From contig OY970067.1 in NCBI GenBank assembly GCA_963705305.1, positions 2,976,001 to 3,040,000 on the forward strand: a DNA stretch of 64,000 nt, written 5' to 3'. This DNA is from an uncultured Methylomirabilota bacterium. Its GTDB lineage: Bacteria; Methylomirabilota; Methylomirabilia; Methylomirabilales; 2-02-FULL-66-22. Of the stretch, positions 41,070 through 51,910 are shown piece by piece; positions within the stretch are counted from its first letter, which is position 1, and the number at the start of each line of letters is the position of its first letter. The position numbers were made by a program, and so were the translations under genes. The notes beneath the pieces were generated by a model. That model was given only the letters and a program-made list of their open reading frames with translations, was not told the origin of the DNA and did no database searches.

Positions 41070-41294
41070 AGGCTTGAAGGAACCCGAGAAACGCGTGGGG
41101 CCAGTCTAGCGATTTCCTCTCCGCGGAGCAAGTGCGGGACGTTCCGGGGTGAAAAATCTGCGCTCCGGGTGAGGAAGACGGTTGACCCAAAGAGAACCTC
41201 GTGGCATGCTCGCTTCGGAGTGGCGAAGGTGCGCACCGGTTGCCGACGACCGGTGTCGGGTGCGGCGGCCCGTTAGAGAAAAGGGAGGCGGTGC

Positions 41295-42518
41295 ATGCGG
41301 GAGCGGATCGGAGGGGCGTCCGGCTGGACGGAAACACTGTGGCGCGAGGCACGGCGACTGGCGGTGGTCGCATTGGTCCTGGCTCTTACCGTGCTCTCGA
41401 CCGGAGAGCCGGCCCTGGCCGCGCGACATCGGCCGCGGCCGGCAAGGGTGTCGGGGCCGGCGAAGGTGTCGGGACCGACGACCTCGTCCTGGATCGTGAT
41501 CAATGCGGACACTGGCGACGTGCTGAGCAGCCAGGACCCCGATCGCCCCGGCGCCCCCGCCTCCATGACAAAAATGATGCTGGCCCTCCTGGTGATGGAG
41601 GCCGTCAAGGATGGCCAGCTGAAGCTGTCGGACCCGGTCCAGACCAGCGCCCGGGCGAGCAGAATGGGAGGCTCCCAGGTCTACCTCAAACAGGGGGAGA
41701 CCTTCAGCGTCGATGAGATGATGGCCGCCCTGCTCATCGGTTCGGCCAACGATGCCGCGGTGGCCCTGGCCGAACGCCTGGCCGGAACCGTGGAAGCCGC
41801 CGTGGCCCGCATGAACGAGCGGGCGGCCGCGCTCAAGCTGACCCAGACCCACTTCAGCTCGGTCCACGGGCTGCCGCCGGCGCCCGGACAGTCCGGGGAC
41901 GTCACCACGCCCCAGGATATGGCCCGGCTGTCCCAGGAGCTTCTCAAATACCCCGACATCCTCCGCTGGACCTCCACGCAAGACGCCCCGTTCCGCGGGG
42001 GGAGCTTCATCCTACAGAACAGTAACCACCTGATCGGCCATTTCCCGGGGGCCGACGGCTTGAAGACGGGGCACTTCCACCAGGCGGGCTACAACGTCAC
42101 GGCGACGGCCAAGCGGGGGAGTCTGCGCCTCGTCGCGGTGGTGATGGGGGCGCCCACCAATCGGGCGCGGTTCACCGAGGCGGCCCGTCTGCTGAGCGAG
42201 GGATTCGCCCGCTACGTCGAGGTGACCGTGGCGAAGGCCGGGTCGCCGGTGGGAGACGCGGTGCGGCTTCCGCGGGCGAGGAGCGCCTTCCGGCCGGTGG
42301 TCACCACGGATGTGCAGGTGTACGTGAAGCGGGAGGAGAGCGACGCCGTCAAGGCCGCCGTCCAGATGGCCAGCGGCCTGCGGGCCCCGATGCACAAGGG
42401 TCAGCCGGTGGGAACGCTGGTCGTTCGCCTGGGCGATCGCGAGCTGTCCCGCGTGCCGGTCGTGACGCCGGCGCCCGTTCCACGGGCGTTCTTCTGGTGG
42501 GTGACCCCGTGGCGGTAG
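41295..42518 (+). CDS. D-alanyl-D-alanine carboxypeptidase (S11, PBP5-like)
   Basis: ASMTK (SxxK), SAN (SxN), KTG; PBP5 C-domain. Confidence 0.93.
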   Translation: MRERIGGASGWTETLWREARRLAVVALVLALTVLSTGEPALAARHRPRPARVSGPAKVSGPTTSSWIVINADTGDVLSSQDPDRPGAPASMTKMMLALLVMEAVKDGQLKLSDPVQTSARASRMGGSQVYLKQGETFSVDEMMAALLIGSANDAAVALAERLAGTVEAAVARMNERAAALKLTQTHFSSVHGLPPAPGQSGDVTTPQDMARLSQELLKYPDILRWTSTQDAPFRGGSFILQNSNHLIGHFPGADGLKTGHFHQAGYNVTATAKRGSLRLVAVVMGAPTNRARFTEAARLLSEGFARYVEVTVAKAGSPVGDAVRLPRARSAFRPVVTTDVQVYVKREESDAVKAAVQMASGLRAPMHKGQPVGTLVVRLGDRELSRVPVVTPAPVPRAFFWWVTPWR

Positions 42519-42677
42519 CGGGGGCAGACCCGCCAGGACCGCGCCGCCGGCTCCAGCTGCAGCACCGGCGAGGGGAGGTCGAGGGATTGTGTTGTGGGCG
42601 CTCTCTGCGCCCGTTATAATGTCACCAGCTTCGGGCAACAGATGCGGCGTCGCCGGAAACCGCGCGGGACTGAGGAG

Positions 42678-43463
42678 ATGTGGTCGGTGCTGATCTCCAT
42701 GTTGTACCGCCTGTACGAGCGGCGGCTGAAGGCCGAGCTCCAGCGGTGGCCCCTGCCCCGCCATATCGGCCTGATCCTGGACGGGAACCGCCGCTTCGCG
42801 CGGTGGATGGGGCTGCGCGATGTGATCCAAGGTCACGAGCGGGGCGCCGCAAAGCTGGAGGAGGCCCTGGGGTGGTTTGAGGAGCTGGGGATCCAGATGG
42901 TCACCATCTGGATCCTGTCCACGGAGAACCTGGGACGCACTCCCGAAGAGCTGGAAGGGCTGCTCTCCCTCATCGAGCGGCGGATGCGGCAGACGGCCGC
43001 CGACCCGAAGATTCACCAGCGCCAGGTGCGGATCCGAGCCATCGGCAAGCTGGAGCTCCTTCCCGATTCATTGCGCGAGGCCATCCGGATCGCCGAGGAG
43101 GCCACCGCCGACCACGATCATTTCTCCCTGAATGTGGCGGTGGGATACGGCGGGCGGCAGGAAGTGGTGGATGCCGTCCGGGGGATCCTGGCCGACTGGG
43201 GGCACCAGGGGCTGACGCCGGCCGAGATCGCCGATCGCCTGACGGCGGACGTGATCGGGAAGTATCTCTACACCTATGAACTGCCCGACCCCGATCTCAT
43301 CATCCGCACCAGCGGCGAGGTGCGGCTGAGCGGTTTCCTCCTCTGGCAGAGCGCATACAGCGAATACTACTTCTGCGACGCCTACTGGCCCGCCTTCCGC
43401 AAGATCGATCTTCTGCGCGCCATCCGCAGCTACCAGCAGCGCCAGCGCCGCTACGGGCGGTAG
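42678..43463 (+). CDS. cis-prenyltransferase (UppS family, short-chain-like subtype)
   Basis: HIGLILDGNRR, LSTEN, YGGRQE, IRTSGEVRLSGFLLWQ. Confidence 0.92.
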   Translation: MWSVLISMLYRLYERRLKAELQRWPLPRHIGLILDGNRRFARWMGLRDVIQGHERGAAKLEEALGWFEELGIQMVTIWILSTENLGRTPEELEGLLSLIERRMRQTAADPKIHQRQVRIRAIGKLELLPDSLREAIRIAEEATADHDHFSLNVAVGYGGRQEVVDAVRGILADWGHQGLTPAEIADRLTADVIGKYLYTYELPDPDLIIRTSGEVRLSGFLLWQSAYSEYYFCDAYWPAFRKIDLLRAIRSYQQRQRRYGR

Positions 43464-43729
43464 CGGCGCTGGCGCTGCCCCCAGATTGCGAACGCCGCAG
43501 GCCGAGATCAGGACCCCCGGGTTCCCGGTGAGGCCGCGGGCCCGGCAGACGTTGAAGAATCCCTCCCCTTTGACCGTGAACAGCTCGGCGGACTCGGGGT
43601 CGTAGCCGTGGAGGAGAGCATAGAGTCAGGGGCCTCCCAGGAGGACGCCCCTGACCTCCAGAGGGGTCGGCTCCGGCTCCAGAGTGACCCTGCTTGATCA
43701 CCCGGAGATGGTCGCCGCTGGGCGCACGC

Positions 43730-43879
43730 CCCAAATCTCCGGCTAACTTGTGCATCGCCTCTACGGGGCGCCACCCGCCGGGTGCGACCAGGTCCGAGGC
43801 GGGCAGCCGCCCCCGCAGCCATGAATGCGGGCGCGACTGATGTGCACTACCGGCCTTCGACGTTAGCCGGAGATTAAGG
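43730..43879 (-). mobile_element. 150-bp MITE, copy 2 (inverted)
   Basis: Reverse complement of 3184-3333 with 6 substitutions by eye; TSD CACGC (43725-43729, 43880-43884). Confidence 0.9.
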
Positions 43880-43893
43880 CACGCGCTGAGCCA

Positions 43894-43922
43894 TTGATTT
43901 CATCCCGTTGTCTGGGTAGACT
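43894..43922 (+). promoter_or_regulatory. sigma70-type promoter upstream of shc
   Basis: TTGATT (43894-43899)-N17-TAGACT (43917-43922). Confidence 0.6.
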
Positions 43923-44051
43923 CACAGTTCGATCGCCGAGGGGCGATGCGGGGCGTCGGGCGGCCGCCCACTCGGGCCGCGCCCGATGGAGACGGCGGCC
44001 TGGGCGGTCCGCGACGAGTGTCGGGGCCGCCACGGATGCCGAGGGAGAAGC

Positions 44052-46028
44052 GTGACGGATCGTGTAGGGTTTGAGGCGGCACCGCTGCGGCTCGAGACTC
44101 GACGGGGCGCGGTTGCGGCGCAACGCTGGCGGAGCTTGGCGGAGGCGGCCGGGCAGGCCGCAGAGCGGGCCGCGCGGACTCTCCTTCGCCTGCAAGGGCC
44201 GGAGGGGCTCTGGTGTGGTGACCTGCTGGCGGACGTGACCCTGGAGGCCGACTACGTCCTTGTGCAGCTCTGGTGCCACCCCCCGTCCGGGAGTGCGTGG
44301 CGGCCGCCGACGTGGAGCCGCATCCAGAAGGCATGCGCCACCATCCTGGACCGTCAGTTGCCGGATGGCGGCTTCACCATCTACCCGGGCGGGCCGGCCG
44401 ACATCAATGCCAGCGTGAAGGCGTACACGGCACTGAAGCTCGCCGGCGCGGCCGTCGAAAGCGGTCCCCTCAAGCGGGCGCAGCAGCGTATTCTGGAGCT
44501 GGGGGGCATCCAGGCTGCCAACAGTTACGTCAGGATCAACCTCAGCCTCTTCGGTCTGTACCCGCGGCGGTACGCCCCATCCATCCCGCCCGAGCTCATG
44601 CTCTTGCCTGGAAACGTCCTGTATCAGATGTCGTCCTGGACCCGGACCATCGTGGTCCCCCTGTCCATCGTCCAATCCAAGGCGGGGCTGCGGCCCGTTC
44701 CCCCCGGCTTCAATCTCGAGGAGCTGGTGGCTCCCGGCAAGAGCTTCCGCCCGCCCAGGCGAGACGCGGTCTCGATCCTCTTTCACCAATTGGACCGCAC
44801 CTTCAAGCTCTGGGAGCACCGCGGCCCGGAAGACATCCGGCGCATGGCCCTGCGGGAGGCGGAGAAGTGGATGCTCGACCGCACCCGCTACAGCAAGGGC
44901 CTGGGGGCCATCTATCCATCCATGATGTACCTGGTCATGGCGCTGGATGCGCTGGGGTACCCGGAGGATCATCCGGACATGATCGAGGCGGTGCGGCAGT
45001 TCGAGGCCCTCCTGACCGAGACGGCCGACCGGCTCTATTTCCAGCCCTGTTTCTCGCCGGTGTGGGACACGGCCTACGCCATGTTCGCGCTGGGAGAAAT
45101 GGGAGCGGGAGGCTCCGAGGCGCTGAGCCGCTCGGCGGACTGGCTCATCCGGAAGGAGGTGCGCCACCGGGGAGACTGGTCCGTCAAGCGGCCGAACCTG
45201 GAGCCCTCCGGCTGGGCCTTCGAGTTTTCCAACGAGCATTACCCCGACATCGACGACACGGCCATGGTCCTGCTGGCCCTCCTACACGGGCAGGCGCCGG
45301 AAGCCGAGGCCCAGCGGCGCTGCGAGCAGCGCGCCCTGCACTGGCTGCTCAACATGCAGTCGAGTGACGGCGGATGGGCGGCCTTCGACGTGGATAACAA
45401 CTGGGCCATCCTGACCAAGGTGCCCTTCGCGGACCACAACGCCATGCTGGACCCGACCTGCCCGGACGTCACCGGGCGGGTCCTGGAGGCGCTCTGTCGC
45501 CGCGGCTGCAGCCTGGCCGACCCGGCGGTGCGAAGAGGGGTGAACTACCTCCTCCGGCAGCAGGAGCGAAACGGCAGCTGGTTCGGCCGCTGGGGGGTCG
45601 ACTATCTCTACGGCACCTTCCTGGCCTTGCGCGGCCTGCAAGCGGCGCAGGCCGCTGATGCCATGGACGCGGTGCGGAAGGCCGCCCGCTGGCTCGCCTC
45701 GGTTCAGAACTCCGACGGCGGCTGGGGCGAGAGCTGCGCCAGCTACGTGCACAACCGCTTCGTGGGGGCCGCCAGCACCCCGTCGCAAACGGCCTGGGCG
45801 CTCTTGGGGCTTCTCGCCGCCGGCCCCAGCGCCTCCTCCGAGAGCCTGGAGCGCGGTGTCCGGCACCTGGTCGATACCCAGGGGGCGGATGGGACCTGGG
45901 ACGAGGAATCGGCGACCGGGACCGGCTTCCCCAACGTCTTCTACCTTCAGTATACGATGTACCGCATATACTTCCCGCTCTTGGCGCTCACCTTGGCGAA
46001 GCGGACGCTGGAGGGGCATCCGGCCTAG
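44052..46028 (+). CDS. shc: Squalene-hopene cyclase
   Basis: YPDIDDTA (DxDD), SPVWDT, multiple QW repeats, TGFP..FYL.Y..YR.YFPL. Start at 43986 or 44052. Confidence 0.93.
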   Translation: MTDRVGFEAAPLRLETRRGAVAAQRWRSLAEAAGQAAERAARTLLRLQGPEGLWCGDLLADVTLEADYVLVQLWCHPPSGSAWRPPTWSRIQKACATILDRQLPDGGFTIYPGGPADINASVKAYTALKLAGAAVESGPLKRAQQRILELGGIQAANSYVRINLSLFGLYPRRYAPSIPPELMLLPGNVLYQMSSWTRTIVVPLSIVQSKAGLRPVPPGFNLEELVAPGKSFRPPRRDAVSILFHQLDRTFKLWEHRGPEDIRRMALREAEKWMLDRTRYSKGLGAIYPSMMYLVMALDALGYPEDHPDMIEAVRQFEALLTETADRLYFQPCFSPVWDTAYAMFALGEMGAGGSEALSRSADWLIRKEVRHRGDWSVKRPNLEPSGWAFEFSNEHYPDIDDTAMVLLALLHGQAPEAEAQRRCEQRALHWLLNMQSSDGGWAAFDVDNNWAILTKVPFADHNAMLDPTCPDVTGRVLEALCRRGCSLADPAVRRGVNYLLRQQERNGSWFGRWGVDYLYGTFLALRGLQAAQAADAMDAVRKAARWLASVQNSDGGWGESCASYVHNRFVGAASTPSQTAWALLGLLAAGPSASSESLERGVRHLVDTQGADGTWDEESATGTGFPNVFYLQYTMYRIYFPLLALTLAKRTLEGHPA

Positions 46029-46087
46029 CCACAACGTCCCGTTTGATTCGGCGTGCGCGGCGTGGTTTTGAGGAAGGCGGAGAGAAC

Positions 46088-46807
46088 ATGAGACGGTACC
46101 TGGTGTGGGCATCTGGATGGGTGGGGGTGGCCGCCTGCGTGCTGGCGGGATGCTCCGGTGCTCCGCCGGCGATCCCGATTCAGCCCATCCAGAGCTACGG
46201 CTTTCGCCAGACGCACGGGGATGTCCGGGTGGCGGTGGACCCGTTCTTCACCCCCGATCGGGCCGGGGCGGCCTTCAGCGGCGGAGAGGGGTTCCCGGAC
46301 AAGGGCCTGCTGCCCGTTCAGGTGATCATCGAGAATGGCAGTCGTGCAGCGGTTCAGGTGGATCCGCAGAATGCCCGGCTGGTGCACCCCAATGGGAGGT
46401 CGGAGATATCCCTCTCCGCCTATGACGCCTTCGCCCTTGTGAAGATCCCCGTCGGCTGGTGGGCGCTGGGTGCCGTCGTGGGGGCCTCCGTGCCCGGCTA
46501 CCGGAACCGGGAAAGATTACGGGACATCGAAGGCCGCGCGTTAAAGGCGGGTACGATCTCTCCCGGCCAGTCCGAGGCGGGGTTTGTGTACTTCTCCCTG
46601 CCTGAGGAGCAGCAGAGCCTGGACGGCGATCGGGTAGTCCTGGTCCTCATGGATGCCGGGGGTCGGGAAATTCCCTACGAGATCCCCATTCACGGACAGC
46701 GAGACATCCCGAAACCCGCCAAGCCGGTCGAGGCGCCGCCCCCTCAACCCAACAGCCGAATCCAGGGAGGGAGCGACGGGATCATCATCCGCAGTCCGGC
46801 CCCATGA
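46088..46807 (+). CDS. Hypothetical lipoprotein
   Basis: VLAGC lipobox, GGAG RBS. Confidence 0.7.
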   Translation: MRRYLVWASGWVGVAACVLAGCSGAPPAIPIQPIQSYGFRQTHGDVRVAVDPFFTPDRAGAAFSGGEGFPDKGLLPVQVIIENGSRAAVQVDPQNARLVHPNGRSEISLSAYDAFALVKIPVGWWALGAVVGASVPGYRNRERLRDIEGRALKAGTISPGQSEAGFVYFSLPEEQQSLDGDRVVLVLMDAGGREIPYEIPIHGQRDIPKPAKPVEAPPPQPNSRIQGGSDGIIIRSPAP

Positions 46808-47332
46808 AGATCGACGATTTCCGAAGAGGGGCCGGGTGAAACGGGATGCTGCTTCCGGGCGACTGGAGGCATTTTCCACGGACAGGGCGCCCGACGCCGT
46901 TGGGAGACGGCTGATCGGGGGGAAGGCATGGCGACGCCCCTCTCAGGGGTCGTTGGGGCCTGCCCGGCGCGAGAAGGGCCCGGGAACGTGGCCGATCCAT
47001 TCGGCGGCTCCTGATCCTGCCCGCGATCGCCGAAGAGCGGCTCGTTGCACTCTCCGGCCTGCCTGAGATCAGTCAGACATCCCCGGGCCCCCGATCCGCG
47101 GCCACGAGCGCCGGCAGGCTGCCGTCTCCGTGCCTGCAGGCGCTGACTTCCCCGGGCCACCCCCCGAGAAGGCCTGCCTCTCCGGTTCGGCGGTCGCGGG
47201 ACGGGGCGGTCGCCCCGCAGGGTCCGGGTGCGGGAATTCCTGTGACGGGGTGCTGAAGAGCATCCTCGCGATGGCACGGCCGGGCGGCATCGAAACCCGA
47301 ACAGGGAGACGCGCGCGAAAAAAGAGGCGGAA

Positions 47333-48568
47333 ATGACTGATCTCAGAAGAATGCGCCTGTATGCGACCGGCGCCCTAGCGGCCATGGCCGCGCTCTACGT
47401 GCTGTCGAAGAGCCTGGAGCATCGCGCGCTCTTCTGGGGCTGCGCGGCGGCCTTTGCCGAGGCGGCCATGGTCGGCGCCCTGGCAGACTGGTTCGCGGTT
47501 GTGGCGTTGTTCCGGCATCCCGTGGGGCTTCCCATCCCGCATACCGCGATCATCCCATCCAATCAGGATCGGATCGGCAGGACGCTGGCACACTTCGTAG
47601 TGAAACACTTCCTCAGCGGGGAGGCCGTGGGGCAGCGCTTTGAGCGGATGGATTTGACCGCCAGAGCGGCCGAGTGGCTGTGGGCCAACGCCGGGCGGGT
47701 GGCGGAGCAGGTGCGCTCGGCGGCCCCCGTGCTGCTCCGGGTGCTCGACGATGAGGACGTCCGGCGGCTCCTACACGAGACGATCCTGGCAAGATTGCGG
47801 GCCGTCGAGATCGCGCCGCTGGCCGGAAAGGCGCTCCAGGGGCTCACGGCCGGCCAGCGGGGGGATCTCGTCCTGGATGCGGCCGTCGCATTGGCCGAGG
47901 AGCTGGTGCGCGCCAATCAAGAGTTCATCCGGGCGTATGTACGACAGCGCATCCCCCTGCCCGACCTTCCCGGGGTGTCATTCGTCAAGGATGTGTTGGG
48001 AGACAGCATCGGGCGGAGGGTGGCCGAGGCCATGCTGGAGAGCCTGCGGGAGGTGCGATTGCAGGCAAGCCACCCTCTCCGGCAGCAGTTCCGCAGCAAG
48101 CTGACGGACTTGGCCGAAGCGCTTCAGCACTCGGAGGAGTATCGGCTCCAGGGGGAGGCGCTCAAGGAAGAGCTGCTCAGACATCCGGCGGTGGGGGGAT
48201 ACGTGGCCGAGAGCGTGCGCGGTCTGAAGCGGGATCTGGAGAAGGACCTCGCATCCCCGGACTCGCGGTTCCGGGCGCAGGCGGAACACGTGGTGGTGCG
48301 GATCGCCCACCTCTTGATCGAGGATCAAGCGCTCCGGGCCAAGCTCAACGCCTGGCTCAGGTCCAGCCTGGTCGAGCTGGTCCAGCGGCAGGGCCCGGAC
48401 GCGGGTCGGTTCATCCAGGAGCGCGTGCGCGCGTGGGACAGCGGCCAGTTCACCCGGACGCTGGAGGAGGCCGTGGGGCGGGACCTGCAATACATCCGGT
48501 TGAACGGGACGCTTGTCGGCGGCGCGGTGGGGCTGGCGATCTACATCGTGAGCGGATGGGTGTGGTAG
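47333..48568 (+). CDS. DUF445-family membrane protein
   Basis: EAAMVGALADWFAVVALFRHP and GRDLQYIRLNGTLVGG. Confidence 0.9.
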   Translation: MTDLRRMRLYATGALAAMAALYVLSKSLEHRALFWGCAAAFAEAAMVGALADWFAVVALFRHPVGLPIPHTAIIPSNQDRIGRTLAHFVVKHFLSGEAVGQRFERMDLTARAAEWLWANAGRVAEQVRSAAPVLLRVLDDEDVRRLLHETILARLRAVEIAPLAGKALQGLTAGQRGDLVLDAAVALAEELVRANQEFIRAYVRQRIPLPDLPGVSFVKDVLGDSIGRRVAEAMLESLREVRLQASHPLRQQFRSKLTDLAEALQHSEEYRLQGEALKEELLRHPAVGGYVAESVRGLKRDLEKDLASPDSRFRAQAEHVVVRIAHLLIEDQALRAKLNAWLRSSLVELVQRQGPDAGRFIQERVRAWDSGQFTRTLEEAVGRDLQYIRLNGTLVGGAVGLAIYIVSGWVW

Positions 48569-48634
48569 AAGGGTGCCGGCTGTGCCAGACGGCCAGTGGT
48601 CGGGGCGCTGGGCCGGCCACGCGTGGAGCGCAGA

Positions 48635-49465
48635 ATGGATAGCCAACAGAGTGAGTCGGCGGGAGGGGCCCGAGACCCGCGCCGCAGACTGCCCACACTC
48701 AGCCGTGAGAGCATGCTGCTTCTGCTCACGATGGCGGCGGGCAGCGTGGACGCCATCAGCTACCTGGGGCTCGGCCACGTCTTCACCGCCATGATGACCG
48801 GGAACACGGCGCTGCTCGGCCTGGCGGTGGGGCAGGGACAGGTCCTGGCGGCGCTGCGCAATATCCTGGCGCTGGCGGGATTCGCCGGCGGGGTGGCCAT
48901 TGGCGCGGCGATCGTCCACCGGGATCCCCGTCAAGGCGACTGGCCTCCGGTAGTAACCAAGGCGCTGGCGTTGGAAGCGCTCCTCCTGGCGCTATTCGCC
49001 TCCATCTGGCACCTGACCGGGCCCGGTCGGGCCGGGATAGTGGTCTCCGTCATGATCGTACTGACGGCGGTGGCCATGGGGGTGCAGAGCGCGGCGGTAC
49101 AGCGACTGGGTGTTCCGGGCGTCATGACCACCTATATCACGGGCACGCTGACGAATCTGATGGTGGACGTCGCGCGCTGGCTGCGTCCCGCAGATCGTGC
49201 GGTGGCTGTGCCCGCAGCCGCCGGGCCGGCCGGCCGCTCCGGCGGACCGGCGCCGCCCTGGGAGCGTCGACTCGGGCTCCTGGCCGCCGTGTTCCTCGTC
49301 TATGCGTTCGGGGCGCTGGCGGGAAGCTTCCTGCGGAACCCCACATTGTCCTTCGTCACCCTGCTCCCCTTCGCGGCGGTGGCGCTGGTGATCGGAAACG
49401 CGACCGCCCGTCGCTGGTCCCGGGAGGAGGACGTGCCGAAGAGCTCCTGGTCGGCCGGATCCTGA
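48635..49465 (+). CDS. YoaK/DUF1275-family membrane protein
   Basis: AGSVDA...FTAMMTGN...MGVQ...TTYITGTL. Confidence 0.88.
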   Translation: MDSQQSESAGGARDPRRRLPTLSRESMLLLLTMAAGSVDAISYLGLGHVFTAMMTGNTALLGLAVGQGQVLAALRNILALAGFAGGVAIGAAIVHRDPRQGDWPPVVTKALALEALLLALFASIWHLTGPGRAGIVVSVMIVLTAVAMGVQSAAVQRLGVPGVMTTYITGTLTNLMVDVARWLRPADRAVAVPAAAGPAGRSGGPAPPWERRLGLLAAVFLVYAFGALAGSFLRNPTLSFVTLLPFAAVALVIGNATARRWSREEDVPKSSWSAGS

Positions 49466-49715
49466 GGGGCCCCGCCGCGAGCTTGCATTGATTGGTCCGG
49501 GCGGCGGGGAGAGGAGCGCGGCATGTCTTCCGTTGCGATCCTTTGTCATTCTAACCCTTGCGGGAAACGGCCGGACAGTCTAAGGTAATACCACGCGTTT
49601 TGGTGCCTGAACTGATTTCACTCGATACGAGCCCAGGAGCCGACGTCGGCGGATTTCCGGGAAGGCGGAGGCTGCGGCGAACCGGAGTCCTGACACCACG
49701 AAGGAGGAATCGAGC

Positions 49716-51605
49716 ATGCCGGGCGGGTTCAATGGAAAGTTTCTGCGTGTGGATCTGACCAAAGGCGCCACCACCATCGAGGAGCTCCCCGAGCTGACAT
49801 ATCGCATGTACCTGGGGGGAACGGCCATGGTGGCCTACCTCCTGCTGCGGGAGATCAAGCCGGGAACCGATCCCCTCGGGCCGGACAACGCGCTGGTTTT
49901 CGCCACCGGCCCGCTGAACGGGACGCCCGTGTCGGGCACCAACCGCTTCAGCGCCGGGGCCAAATCGCCGCTGACCGGCGGCTACTGCGAGAGCGAGTGC
50001 GGCGGCTGGTGGGGACCGGAGCTGAAGTTCGCCGGGCTTGACGGGATCATCGTCACCGGCCAGTCCTCCCGTCCTGTCTACCTGTGGATCACCGACGGGA
50101 CGGTGGAGCTGCGGGACGCGGCGCACGTCTGGGGCAAGGCGTCCGGCGAGGTGCAGGATCTCCTCACGGCCGAGACCGACAAGCGGGCCCGCGTCCTCCA
50201 GTGCGGTCCCGCCGGCGAGCGGGTCGTGCGTCTTGCAAACATCGTCAACGAACTGAAGCACTTCGTCGGGCGCGGCGGCCTGGGGGCCGTGATGGGCAGC
50301 AAGAAGCTGCGGGCCATCGCCGTCCGGGGGCACGGGAAGCCGGAGCCCAAGGATCCGGCGGGGGTCCAGGCGGTCATGAAGTGGTTCCGCGAGCACTACG
50401 ACCGGGACGCGGACATGCTCCACAAGTTCGGCACGTCCCGGAACGTGGTGGCCATGGACAAGGACGGCATCCTGCCCAGCTACAACTTTAAGAAGGGGCA
50501 ATTCGAGAAGGCCCGCGAGGTCAGCGGGCAGTACATGGCCGAGACCGTCATGGAGGACACGGGCACCTGCTTCGCCTGCGCCGTTGCCTGCAAGCGCGAG
50601 GTGAGCATCCCCGAGCTGGGGGTGACGTCCAGGTACGGCGGCCCGGAGTACGAGACCATCGCGGCCAGCGGACCGGCTTGCGGGGTGGGGGACATCAAGG
50701 CGATCTCGAAGTTCCACCAGATCTGCGGCGAGCACGTCATGGACACCATCTCCGCGGGCATGACCATCGCTTTCGCCATGGAGTGCTTCGAGAACGGCAT
50801 CCTGACCAGCAAGGACACCGACGGGATCGAGCTCCGCTTCGGCAATGCCGACGCCATGCTCGCCGTGGCGGACAAGATGGCCAGGCGGGAGGGCGTGGGG
50901 GACCTCCTGGCCGACGGGGCCAAGCGGGCGGCGGCGCGCATCGGCCGCGGGGCCGAGCGGTTTGCCCTGACGGTCAAGGGGCAGGAGATCCCCATGCACG
51001 AGCCGCGCGGCAAGCAGGGCCTCTCCCTGGCCTACGCCACTACGGCAACGGGAGCCGATCATATGCGGGCGCCGCACGATCCCGTATACGAGGGCTTCAA
51101 CCCAAAGGGGGGGCATGCGCTGGAGTCCCTGGGGCTCGTCGAGGCCATGCCGCGCCTGGAGATGTCGCCACGGAAGGTGCGGGCGTTCTACTACGCCAAC
51201 AACTGGTGGAGCGCATGCAGCGCGCTGGGTGTCTGCCAGCTGGCGGCGGTGCCGATCGACATGCTGGCCATCACGCAAGTCGTCAATCTGACCCGGGCGG
51301 TCACCGGGTGGGACACCAGCCTGTGGGAGCTGATCAAGGTGGCGGAGCGCGGCAAGGCCATGGCCCGCGTCTTCAACTGCCGCGAGGGATTCACACCCAA
51401 GGACGATCAACTGCCGAAGCGCCTCCACGAGGCCTTCATGGACGGGCCGTTGAAGGATGTGCGCATCGACCCTGACAAGTTCGACCGGGCCCTGCGCCTC
51501 TATTATCAAATGGAGGGGTGGGACCCGGAGACCGGCTGGCCGACTTTCGCCAAACTCGCCGAGCTGGGAATCGAGTGGGCCGCCAAGCCCGGAGATACCT
51601 GGTAG
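49716..51605 (+). CDS. Aldehyde:ferredoxin oxidoreductase family (W-pterin)
   Basis: LRVDLT, KSPLTG, GRGGLGAVMGSKKL, CFACAVAC, GPEYET, HEPRGK, GVCQL. Confidence 0.92.
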   Translation: MPGGFNGKFLRVDLTKGATTIEELPELTYRMYLGGTAMVAYLLLREIKPGTDPLGPDNALVFATGPLNGTPVSGTNRFSAGAKSPLTGGYCESECGGWWGPELKFAGLDGIIVTGQSSRPVYLWITDGTVELRDAAHVWGKASGEVQDLLTAETDKRARVLQCGPAGERVVRLANIVNELKHFVGRGGLGAVMGSKKLRAIAVRGHGKPEPKDPAGVQAVMKWFREHYDRDADMLHKFGTSRNVVAMDKDGILPSYNFKKGQFEKAREVSGQYMAETVMEDTGTCFACAVACKREVSIPELGVTSRYGGPEYETIAASGPACGVGDIKAISKFHQICGEHVMDTISAGMTIAFAMECFENGILTSKDTDGIELRFGNADAMLAVADKMARREGVGDLLADGAKRAAARIGRGAERFALTVKGQEIPMHEPRGKQGLSLAYATTATGADHMRAPHDPVYEGFNPKGGHALESLGLVEAMPRLEMSPRKVRAFYYANNWWSACSALGVCQLAAVPIDMLAITQVVNLTRAVTGWDTSLWELIKVAERGKAMARVFNCREGFTPKDDQLPKRLHEAFMDGPLKDVRIDPDKFDRALRLYYQMEGWDPETGWPTFAKLAELGIEWAAKPGDTW

Positions 51606-51610
51606 CGGTC

Positions 51611-51732
51611 ACCCATTTATTTATCCGCAGATTACGCAGATGAGAGAGATCGCGCGGAACGGTCGATCCCGGTTGTGAGGCCCTTCCGAACCTATCTGTG
51701 CAGATCTGCGAAATCTGCGGATCAAAATGGGT
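51611..51732. repeat. Long imperfect inverted repeat (REP-like)
   Basis: ACCCATTT..ATCCGCAGATTACGCAGAT ... ATCTGCGAAATCTGCGGAT..AAATGGGT. Confidence 0.7.
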
Positions 51733-51910
51733 CTTCCGGAAGGTAGCGCGGCGGTCATGCAGGGGACCGCAACCCGGCGGCCCGTTCAACTGGTTTGATG
51801 GACCACGGGGACCCCGGCGGCTCGTGCAGCTGGACCATCGGGGCTTCCGCGGTTCGTTTGTTTTTTGGGAGACCCGGCAGGCCGAGTGTGAAGCCGGCGG
51901 GAGGACGTGC

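Noticed and set aside
43470..43720. Minus-strand protein-like stretch (..GGP*LYALLHGYDPESAELFTVKGEGFFNVC..) with a hairpin at the TGA
   Set aside because: No start or RBS, no recognisable family, and the hairpin overlaps and precedes the UGA rather than following it; at most a gene remnant.
49550..49715. Moco/Wco riboswitch upstream of AOR
   Set aside because: I could not match the conserved motif elements by eye; an Rfam/Infernal search would be needed.
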